Shown piece after piece: positions 53,001 through 64,000 of a DNA stretch of 64,000 bases. Within the stretch, counting starts at the first letter, position 1, and every line of letters begins with the position of its first letter. The stretch covers positions 20,482,210 through 20,546,209 of the forward strand of contig NC_134030.1 of NCBI RefSeq assembly GCF_964204645.1. Direction: 5' to 3'. Both the position numbers and the translations under genes were made by a program. The notes beneath the pieces are model-generated. The model had not been told where the DNA came from and searched no databases. It saw only the letters and a program-made list of their open reading frames with translations. The DNA comes from Tubulanus polymorphus. Its lineage: Eukaryota > Animalia > Nemertea.

Positions 53001-53769
53001 CGACCTTGGCCACCAGATAAGGCGAGCTGTCAATCAACACCACGTCTTGCCGAGGTCAGTGGTTTCAAAGTTGCTATGCGCAAGTATACGGTATTCCCCA
53101 GTCCATACGTCTTTTCGTATGTCTGGTGATCGAGCGGCAGATAACACTGCTCAATCAGATGGTCTAGACTGTGGCTTCTCTAATATCTGGACACATCCAA
53201 TCTTAAAAAACCACAATCTGCAAACATTTTCATTATTGCCAAAGTTGCCAAAGACTGAAAATTTTCCGTTGCAAACAAATTAAACAAATTAACAGATATT
53301 CATTGAAAAAATTCATTCAGTTGAACATGTAATTGTAAATAATGTTATCCTCCCTCAAGAATTGAAATGTTGGGTGAAATGGTGAAATGGTGATTGTTTT
53401 CTAACACATCAATGTATTCAGTTATCGCGACTCACAGGATGATTTGACCGATCGGATGGATTTTATTTGTCAGTTTGCTAATCGACCTAAGTGACACCGC
53501 TTGCCCGGTCGTAAGAAACCAGGTGTCCTTTTATTTAAGCATATCAATCGGATTGCCCCGTGCTCTATTAAATATTGTGAATCTAGTTTTCAAAATGATA
53601 TTAGTTTTCTCTGCATGTCTGCCGAATATTTGTAAACGAAATTTGGCCAGCACATACCATGGAAATATTTATCAATAGAATAATAGAAATGATGTTTTAT
53701 TCTCTGAAGAACCATGTTGGTGCCGGGACATTTCCTCACAGAGGGAGACATCTTCAGCGAAATGACCAG

Positions 53770-53850
53770 AACTCAGCGGTCTAGTGGTTAGCGTGCTCGG
53801 CTGGCATGCTGGAGTTCGCAGGTTCGAGTCCTGCTAGGGTTAGGGTTACG
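53770..53850 (+). mobile_element. tRNA-derived SINE head / pseudo-tRNA
   Basis: A-box-like cggtctagtggtt and B-box ggttcgagtcc, followed by tagggttagggtt. No convincing cloverleaf. Confidence 0.55.
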
Positions 53851-54197
53851 GTCGGGCTGATGATGTGTTTATATTTAGGGTTTTCTGTTATTTCACAGAA
53901 AACCCTATTGATATCCGCGTGATTATTATTAGGGTTTTCTGTTATTTCACAGAAAACCCTATTGATATCCGCGTGATTATTATTATTATTATTTTCTTCC
54001 ACACTATTTTTACCAAAAGAACATAGGCTTTGTTACCTTACCGCTGTTTCATATACAATCCATATAATATCGTTCAGCTCACTGAGATCTACAAATAGCC
54101 CGCGTGTTTTTTCACGAATCATCGTTACAAAAGCGCTGTCGGGCCGTAAACATCGAAAATTTAGCCCCATTCAATGGGGCGACATGTTTTTCGAGTC

Positions 54198-54575
54198 GTC
54201 AATTCATTATTTTGGTTTTATCGCCCGCGACAATTCAATATTTTGGTTTTATCGCCCGCGATAATTCATTAATTTGGTTTTATCGCCCGGGACAATTCAA
54301 TATTTTGTTTTTATCGCCCGCGACAATTCATTATTTTGGTTTTATCGCCCATGACAATTCAATATTTTGGTTTTATCGCCCGCGATAATTCATTAATTTG
54401 GTTTTATCGCCCGGGACAATTCAATATTTTGTTTTTATCGCCCGCGACAATTCATTATTTTGGTTTTATCGCCCGCGACAATTCATTATTTTTGTTTTGT
54501 CACCCGTGACAATTCAATATTTTGGTTTTGTCACCCGCGACAATTCATAATTTTGGTTTTGTTGCCCGTGGTTTT
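54198..54575. repeat. ~31-bp minisatellite x ~12
   Basis: Unit ttttggttttatcgcccgcgacaattcaata. Confidence 0.92.
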
Positions 54576-54589
54576 GTCGGAACATTAAG

Positions 54590-54900
54590 TTTTTTGGTCG
54601 AACAGTGTGTTAAGGTCGTTTTGGAGTTTACTCGGTCTGGTATATTTTGGATTACTGTGTATGTCATTTGTCAGGAGATTAAACAGAAGACGACTTAGGA
54701 TACTACCTTGCGTGACTCCACTAGTTAGACCGTCTCATTCCAAGATGAGGCGTTCCGTTGATTTCGGTTACAAGTTTCCGTTCAGAGATAACTGCTGAGC
54801 CATTTGGGCGACCTATCATTGATACTGTTTCCTAATAGCCTGTTTAGTAATGGCTGATGTTGAGCCTTATCAAATGCTTTGTTGAAATCCACCGTTGAAC
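54590..54900 (-). mobile_element. Degenerate LINE RT fragment
   Basis: The minus strand encodes GVTQGSIL, a variant of the GVPQGSIL RT motif. Confidence 0.5.
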
Positions 54901-57900
54901 AGGATTCTAAGACTGTGCAGAAAACCCATTATCGCTGCTTTGCAGCTATATTTCAGTTTGTTATGATTTTATATGTTATACTTAATCCAATGCCTAATTC
55001 TAATAATTATTCATATTTTGGCCAGGGTTATTAAGTACCAAATCTGAATTGTCACATCTACATGAACACCCATCAAATAACTGTGACGTGTTCCCCCCCC
55101 CCCAAAAAAAAACTCCAACCAAGATTACGCTGGTTGAGTGCATAGAAACCACAGGGTTCCAGGTGTGTAATGATGAGAAGCTGTAAATGTAGCGTGACCA
55201 GAGCGCTTCTGTTAAACATCAATCTACAAGCGCGTAGATGAACTGAGAATACTGCCTCCCGAGCGCAAACAAATTAATTGATTGTTCCCAGTCATAAAAC
55301 GCTTTTAGTGCACGAGCAATGCAACCCCCAGTGATAGGAGAATGAATGCAACGTAAGTCACTCAAGCCGCCTGTATCCGCCATGGCACTTTTTTCGTATG
55401 CTGCGTAAAATGGTTATGGTGGGATTCGAACCCAATAGCTTGTGATAAACTAGACACCTAAGTAATCGAAATACCGCACAGAAATCAACATCCTCCTATT
55501 TCAATTTCCGGAATATTATTTCAGAATTAATTTCTAGTATATTATCAATCAGTGATTATGACAGATGTGAGCGTTCACTTTAAATGTAAGTAAGTTTGGA
55601 CGAATTTTGGTGGCCTATCTCAGATGAAAGCCTTGACTATTTACTACAAAATAACACGAACTTGTAATGCATTGAAACAAACGGCAAATGAGCTATTCCG
55701 TTATATCTATCGCGATGCCCCGATGCCGATGGCCGCCCGAAGATTGATGTCTTGTTGGTTGGATTTTACTAGGGCTCAGTATTGTCCCTTGCGGTAAATG
55801 AGCGGTTAATTGGTCGGTAATTAGATGGTAATTAAGTGGTAAATTGTCTATTTGATATCGTCGGTTGTTTAGCGGTTAAATAACCACTAAACAACCTACG
55901 ATATCAAACAATATCCGGCTAATTACCGACGTATAGGATTGACGACGATTTTCCGACGACGAACTTCCGACAGAAATGAGATAGGGGCAAAATCGTCGGA
56001 TTTTATTACCATGGTAGCAACAATACACGTAGTTTATATAATGACGTTCAAATTCCATTTCTAATCACGATTTTCGACTACCTCCACATTTCTTAACCCC
56101 GAGATATTTCAAATTGATTGATTGATCGATTGACTTCTGAACGTGAACAAATGATTTTCCATCCTTATAATTCCATTGAAAAATTCCACATGTTCAGATA
56201 TTTTTTATATAAGGTTTATGAATGATTGATATTTTGAAATGTTAGTATTATAGCATTTTTATTTTATAGCAAGTGTGCATTGATTCATTGCATATTTCAT
56301 TGCGATAACATCTCAAACAACAATTGTCCAGTACATCGTTACCTCAGGCTAGTAGCATATTCACACAATACAGATGTCGGATTGTGGTTTTTGAGTATAA
56401 CAGATTCCATTGAAATTGGTTTAAGTCGTATGTGTAACTGGGGTAGCTCGTTTGCGCTGTGATTTTCATTACACACAGTCAATGGAGTTGATACCCTGGG
56501 GAAAACGAAATCGACAAGAAAGAATATGGTCTTGCTGACATGGTTCTACCAGGGAAGTGTGATGACACATCACACTTCCCTGGTTCTACTGAGTACTTTT
56601 GTGCCTATGTTTCGTAGAATAATTGGAACACTGAACTTATTACTTTTGCTAGAGCAAATAACATGTTTTGCCGACTGTGACGAACTGCTGCAGACATCAA
56701 CAAAACAAATCAGAATTATAATTCGACAGAGACGTGTTCACATTTAGGTTGTTAAATAAATGGAGCTGACGGTGATGGGTCACAGTTGTATTTCCCACAA
56801 ATGGCAATACATTTCAAACCGACCAATAACTTTCATTAACGACATAACGTAACGACACATCTGAATTTCTTCCGGAAAGCAAAGTAAAATTAGGTGACAA
56901 TTGGAACTATTTAATTTCGCGCATTGAAACATACATACGCTTTAAGCGGCGTGATCAGTACGCACAATAGGGAGCATTTATTGATTGCTAGAAAAGCGAT
57001 AAACTTGTCGTGTTGTATTGCTATAATACTTAACACTGCATTTTCACATTTGTGATCATACGTACTAATTTCCCCTGGAGCGGTGCCCCGGCAACAGTGC
57101 GTCAGCAACAGGTGGGATTCTCACGCGTATCTCATTGAGCGGTGATGAGTGATAACAGATATCAATTTCTTCACACGGTCAGCTTTTCCGATATCAAAAT
57201 AGTAGGTCAGCATCATTGCTTGGTGACGTAGCTACGATAGTCCCAGTTGATCGTGTCATCACGTCTGGCGCAACCTCGGAAATCCTCTCGATGACAGACA
57301 CTGTCCAATAACCATCGGATCGCCTCTCTGGCGCCATACTTGCGTGGGTTTGATTGCAGCCCACCGAAACTCTTGCTTCAGCGTCTCAAACGTTTTTTCT
57401 TTTGGCCACATGGCCAATGAATTGTACTTTTCGTGATTGATAAACGCAATGCTTATTTCGCAAAGGAATGATTTCTTATAAATGCGTCGTTCATTTACTC
57501 TTCACTTTGTTTACACAGTTCACCAAACTCACTGTTGCTTTTTTCACGGTATGTCGGTGATAAACCTAAGCACGTATGCGCTCTCTAGCGTATACAATTG
57601 ATATATACGTATCCAATTGATAGTCATAATTTGTTCCCTCTTATATATCACGGCTATATGATGCACCCACTAACATGTATGTTTATCATATCATATACGA
57701 TGGCACCAACAATACTTTAGAAATCATTAATTTAAAAAATCTTAAATACCCCTTTTAAATGAATAGAAACTGAGTAAACAGTAAGCTTTCAACAGAGATG
57801 ACGCCAGGAACACGTACCTGCACACATCTAGATACAGTGAGCACCTGCTCAAACTGCCGATTTATAAGTGTATTTCAGGAAATGACTGAAATGATAATCA

Positions 57901-58365
57901 GTAGCATATTATAACTTGTGAACATATTACTTCATAGAAAAAGTATGACATGATATTCTATTAATTGTACATGTGCCCTTTAAGCAAGTAGAATCAACAT
58001 CGCGGATTGAATCCTTCATTGTAAAGGAGACATGCTGAAACTTCACTATCATTAAGTTCCAAACTTTTTCTTTTTTCATTCCAGAAATTATATAACTATG
58101 CCTTTAAAATTCCAATAAATCGACCCTCTAAACCTTCGACCTTCATTATATATGACTCATCAACGATATTCGAGATATATCAAAAATTTTGAAATTATGT
58201 ACTTTTACAAAGGAATTCCGTTGGTAGTAATAAGTTGGAAAACTGTTCCGATTCGACTTTTTTTACTAAAACACCCTAAATCGATTCGGCGCTATGGTTT
58301 AAGTTACAGCGCATCATCAAATACATCGAAAAACCAACCGATGACCTCTCGTAACATCTCTATTC

Positions 58366-58641
58366 ATGGCCGTCGGAACAGGGGCGGCAGGGGCGGCCAA
58401 AGCCGCCCCACTTTTTTGCTTAACAAAATATTTTTCAAAAGCACGCTGAACCGCGTAGCAGCTCGTCGTTCTCTGTACTAAGTGGTTGGCTCACCGCTTC
58501 TCGTGCTTCTGTGAGTGAGACCGTGAAATGGCCCCAAAACGCATCTCCGGCGATTGAATTTTCAAAATTTTTCTAGGGGAGGGCCCCTAAACCCCCTTCA
58601 GAAATAAGCCTCGCCACTTAAAAATTCCTTCCGACGGCTCT
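58366..58641. mobile_element. MITE, possibly hAT-like
   Basis: Imperfect TIRs: catggccgtcggaa ... ttccgacggctctg. Confidence 0.55.
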
Positions 58642-61600
58642 GCTATTACCTTTTGACATTTCATTCGTTCCAGGTTTTCTATTCTCACATGGCGCGAGTA
58701 TACGATATTCCTCAGTCCAGACGTATTTACGTAACCATGTCTCGCCTGAGATAAGCGATAGCTAACCTGACCTCGGTCACTAGGCTAATCGAGACGTCTG
58801 CGTGTGCAGATTTCAGTAGTTTCACAGTTGCTATGCAACCACAGTAACCATTGGATTAGAATACATATGAATATATTTACCTACACTACAACCCTTTCTT
58901 CCAAATTATCCACATGTTTTCGTTTTCTAGTGTGTTATAATATTTACGGAAAATATAATACTCAACAAAAAAGGCGACTATAGGTATGTATGTATATATA
59001 GGTGATTCAGACGGTGGGCGGACGTCTCGATCGAACGCCTGTTCATTTGACGATGTCACAATTTTGATCTTGTTGATCGCATTTTCACCAGAGTCGGGTT
59101 TCGGGTTTCACGAAGGGGAATTTAAGCTCCCCCTAATTCCGGTGTGCATAATTAGCGACGGGGCTGGTCATTTTATTAATGATAGTTTTTTCATCGTATA
59201 GGAATAATGCAATAATTAATTTGGAATTAACTTCGGAGATAATTACAATTAATTACTTTTCCCTAATTAGCGTTTGTGAAAGAGATTTAATCATCGAATT
59301 CACTAACTAGAATAAAGCACTTTCAATTCGAATTATCACCTAAACCGGGCCCAGGGCATTAACCCATTTGGCTGTGGGAAAAACTACATATCACAAGTCA
59401 CGCGTACAATCTATCTCGTAGCTTCATACACTCATATCGGAATGATGACGTAGTAGCAGCAGCTGGCAGTTTTTAAAAGGAAAGAAATTTCCGAGGATTT
59501 CACTTATTTCACAAAACCTTCAATGAATAAAAGAAGATATTATGAGTTGCTGAGTCAAAGTGCAGGTCAACGCTCCGGGCAACGCTCGCGGTCAGCACAC
59601 CTGGTTGCGCGATGTGTTTAGACGTCTCGATTAGCCTCGTCTCGACTGGTGGTCAAGGTTGCGGCTAGCACTTGAGAGCAGACACCATAGTTACGCAATC
59701 ATATCATTTACCTGTCCGCAATAGAGTCGAATCGAATATACCAGCGCCACCTGGCGAATAAGTAGCCAGCTTCACATTTTGAATTGGGAGCCGGGAACCG
59801 GGAGCCGGCTACCGGTTCCCGGTTCCCGATTCGGCTCCCGATTGAAAATGATTTTCAAATATGTTGACAATATTTCAATACACATTTCAATAGCCAACTT
59901 CATATCGCTGACAAAGGTAAACCAATTAACTAACCCGTATTAAGCATTTTCCATTAGAATTATCACCTAAACCGGGCCCAGGGCAGAAGAACTAGTAACA
60001 TATAACAAATCATGCAGTACATCTTTCTCGTATCAGACCGATGATGCTCACATCGCAGTATTCTCCACTATTACATTCCCCAGAATTGACGTCATCCGCG
60101 TCTCTGTAGGCAGACAAAATGAAATTAGGTCACCGGCGTCTCTGTAGTCAACGAGCAACAGCTGACGCTCACATCGCGCAAATGTTTGTTTTCATCATCG
60201 CGCGCAGTGACGTCACGCGGAAAGTCCAAACTTAATGGTAGAAAAGTCTACCTAAACTTTATCGTATCGGCACGAAATCTATTCGTTAACACAGATCAGA
60301 CCATCCTCTTTCAATCCATACCACTCAACGCGTAATCGAAGCCACACGAACGGAGATTACGCGCTACAAAGTTAATACGCTATGGCTTAGCCGCTTATAG
60401 TATAGAATATAGTTGTATATAACTGTGTATATTGAAGTCACGCGCGTGCTGTTAATTCAGACGTCTCGATTAGCCTGGTGGCCGAGGTCAGGTTGCACTC
60501 ATCAGACATAGTTACGTAATTATGTTTACCTGCTGTCCGCAATAGAGTCGAATCGAATAAGTAGCCAGCTTCACATTTTGAATCGGGAGCTGAACCAGTA
60601 GCCGGCTCCCGGTTCCCGGTTCCCGATTCGGCTCCCGATTCAAAATGTTTTTGAATCGGTAGCTGAACCAGTAGCCGGCTCCCGGTTCCCGGTTCCCGGT
60701 TCGGCTCCCGATTCAAAATGGTTTTGAACCGGGAACCAGTAGCCGGTTCCCGGTTCCCGATTCGGCTCCCGATTCAAAATGATTTTGAATCGGGAGGAAA
60801 TCGTCACACGCGTGGTGTTAATTCAGACGTCTCGATTAGCCTGGTGGCCGAGGTCAAGGTTGCACTCATTTCAGCAGACATAGTTACGTAATTATGTTTA
60901 CCTGCTGTCCGCAATAGAGTCGAATCGAATAAGTAGCCAGCTTAACATTTTGCAATTGAGACGTCTAAACAACCATTTTATCTCTGCGCCAATGTTAGTG
61001 GTCTCACTGTTTTACCATGCAGCCGTGGTAACTATTGGATAAGAATTTTGTGTGCGATCTCATTTCAAGCTATTTTCGGTTTAGGGATGAAAAAAATGTT
61101 CTTTTATGTTTTCTATGGAATTTGATAGATAGGAAAATATTAAGTTTAATAGAATATTGAAGTGATTGTTTTTTCATCTTCGACAATGGATTTACCCTGC
61201 ATGAAGGGTGATTTATACGGCGGGCAGAAAGCGTCTGTTTATTTTATATCTTACAATTTCATGGGCTTGCAGATATTGTTTTCTTGGGGATTCGATAACT
61301 TTCGTTAGAAACTTTCTCTCTTCTTAACCCTTTCAGTGCTGACTAATCAATACCCTATAGCTCGGGAACAATCGATGGTTTATTGATTAAATGATTAAAG
61401 AGGCGATCAAAATATGAAGAAGTCGATTGGTGACGAGAAAAACGACCGAGCAATACGCACGTTCTTAAACCAAGTTATGTTATTAATAGACGCAGCTTAC
61501 TGACGTATTGCGACCGCGAGTCTCGCGGTCGCATACGCAATCGTGTTTAGACGTCTGGATTGGCTCGCGCCACACCTGGCGATTTCTTGTCAAGGTCGAG

Positions 61601-62578
61601 GTCGAGTTTGTTTATCAGCAGAGTAGACATAGTTACGTGAAATGTCTGGACTACAGCACAGTGTACACCAGCGCCACCTGGCGAATAAGTAGCCAGCTTC
61701 ACATTTTGAATCGGGAGCTGAACCAGTAGCCGGCTCCCGGTTCCCGGTTCCCGATTCGGCTCCCGGTTCAAAAGCATTTTGAATCGGGAGCTGAACCAGT
61801 AGCCGGCTCCCGGTTCCCGATTCGGCTCCCGGTTCAACAGCATTTTGAATCGGGAGCTGAACCAGTAGCCGGCTCCCGGTTCCCGATTCGGCTCCCGGTT
61901 CAACAGCATTTTGAATCGGGAGCCGAATAAGGAACCGGGAACCGGGAGCCAGTTTCACAGGGGTAACAAATAATCATTAGCCGTCATTTTAGATTAAATA
62001 CCTAATCTATAAAAATTGACTCTCAGTACCAAATGTACGTGTTACATAAAGGTCTGATTTCTCAGCTAAGCCTAGGTACACATTTATGCCAAAACATATA
62101 TAAGATTTAACTATGAAAAATGGATGTAACTCACCTGAAAATTCAAACGATTGAATTTATGTGTTAATACCAGTTTATTTTACGTCTTAATCAGTTGGAT
62201 AGCAGGCACAGAGTGATCAAATCTGTGCTGCCAAAAACCAAGTTGATTAAGACACTCCCATCAAGAAATTATTGACCAAAACTTCTAGCGATTGGTTCAT
62301 CCAAAATTTATTAAGACACTAATTATTTAACATGTTAAGACACTAATTACCTGATGAGAGCTAAACTAGTTGCGAGGGCAGGTGAGTTGAGAGTTGTTTA
62401 TATTGCTATTACATCACTTATTCAAAAATAGTGCCAGTTCGCTAGGTAGACAAAATACTCAATAAACAAGACAGCCTACTTGAGCTGCCAAAACTGTATC
62501 CGGGTAAAAGTGACAAACAAACATAAGTAAACATAAAAACACAATCCGCAGTTCCAGATAAAAATACTCCTTGCTAAA

Positions 62579-64000
62579 AGTGTATGTGACTATAGCCATG
62601 GATGACCGTGACCGACCCAATGGTACTACGAGAAAGTTATTGCCTGATGTTGATGGTCTAAGTCGCCGCGAACCCTCAGCAACCTGACAGCGAAGAAACT
62701 GATGCAAACTAATTTTCGTTTGATTCTACCTGATAATAAAAATTAAAATAGTGACGGATTATATCTAACTCTAAAAGCGATGACAAAGATCTTTTTTCGA
62801 ATTATCTCTTTCAAAAAATGATGTAATTATTACGAGTCATTATTGTCCAAGTTACGATAAGTGAATGTTAGGCATTATTGTTGAATTCCGTAGAAAATAA
62901 AAAGCCATCACCTGCATAACTTTTGAATTTATCTGAAGCGTTTGAACCCCTTACTTTCTCTTTTAATCTTTACAAACGTGAGATTATTATGTTAAATGTA
63001 TATGTGGCATCTCGTAATTCAATATTGAACGAAATCATCCATCACATTTCCGTTGATGCTATCAATACTGAACTGTTGGTCCATGGCTCCAGCCTCAAAC
63101 CATTAGCTTTAAATGTAATCATTTAAACCACGGTCCAAAATTTGTATATTACTCAAAACGGTTAGAATAAGACATATAGATCATATCACACCTTAACAAC
63201 CATGACATCGAGGGAATAATTTATTTGTTTGTTTATTCATTCATGTATTTATCTATTCTTTTACTCTTTAAAATAGGCTTAATTGTAAACTGATTACTCA
63301 CCTCATCATCTCACCATACATCTCCCTTATCGAAAATTACCACCAAAATAAAAATTAATTTTCAATCAGTACATCCTATGAGTTTCATGCTCCTTATATG
63401 TAACTTACCGATGTATCTTTAGGTAATGTTTCAGGAATAGATAAATTTCATCGTTATTGCAAATCATTTGTAGAACGAATCGATTTCTGTGCTCCAAAGT
63501 AAAATGTACTTGGTTGATCCGACTGGACGCGTGGTCCTTCGGTATTTCTTCTGCTCCACTTGTCGAACATACGTTACCCCCGAAATTATCATCCCCTCAA
63601 TCCATACCGTGCCTGTTGTGTGTCAGCGAGCGGGAATAATGTGAGAGAGTGTCTGGATGACCAAGTAACAGGCAATTTGCTTCATTGGCCCCCTCAATTG
63701 ATATTATAACATTTCATATTGTTCGTGTACAAACACGTGTAACTGTGTCGAAGATGAGTTGCACTTCATCTTAACGTGTAGTAAATTCAACAAGGAAGAA
63801 ATTTAATTTGGTAAGTGTTGGTGTAAATAATGTAAATATTATTTTTAATGATATAGGTTGTCAAGCGGAATTGGTAAATTCCGGAATTCTTTGTAATTCT
63901 GGTATATTGTATATATGTATATATTGTTTTCCTTTTCTTCTGTTTCGCTGTCCATTGACGATCATGTCATTTAATATGATGAATAAACCAACTAACCAAC
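62579..64000. repeat. Duplicate of C1 intron-8 block 17369-18820
   Basis: Colinear and highly similar, with small indels. Confidence 0.85.

Larger units (their letters stand above)
50196..61964. mobile_element. 11.8-kb foldback-like element with long modular inverted arms and 9-bp TSD AACAAATAA
   Basis: TSD at 50187-50195 and 61965-61973, termini ACCCCTGTGAA ... TTCACAGGGGT. 50196-51060 mirrors 61110-61964, and ~51620-52175 mirrors ~59245-59800. Internal ccgggaaccgggagccg repeats; no transposase ORF. Confidence 0.88.

Noticed and set aside
53770-53850. Functional tRNA gene or telomere seed
   Set aside because: The acceptor stem and cloverleaf are not convincing and there are only two TAGGGT units. 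Treated as a SINE head.

Overview
This is an AT-rich, intron-containing animal genomic window, most likely invertebrate, and dense in repeats. Most of the supplied ORFs are spurious or only partial exons. Splicing the exons by hand on GT/AG boundaries with phase checks reveals a tandemly duplicated three-gene module of divergent immunoglobulin-superfamily (IgSF) surface proteins. Gene A (+) encodes an Ig-like domain 'V', a Thr-rich stalk, a TM helix, and a cytoplasmic tail built from a 14-aa repeat with five YxxM motifs plus an ITIM-like SIYEEL. Gene B (-) encodes a signal peptide, a paralogous V domain, a short domain 'D', and a GPI-signal-like C-terminus with no cytoplasmic tail. Gene C (+) lies head-to-head with B and encodes a signal peptide, Ig-like domains P-Q-P-Q-D, a TM helix and a short tyrosine-free tail. 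The order is A1 (tail exon only), B1, C1, a C-type lectin pseudogene, A2, B2, C2 (truncated). All domain exons are phase 1-1 and are shared between gene types. Around the genes are Penelope-like retroelements with hammerhead-ribozyme cores, a Kolobok-like TTAA element, nested TIR elements with 9-bp TSDs (one carrying NF-kB consensus sites into the B2/C2 divergent promoter), an 11.8-kb foldback-like element, LINE remnants, MITEs, and mini- and microsatellites. Gene letters and domain names are my own labels, and no database searches were run.
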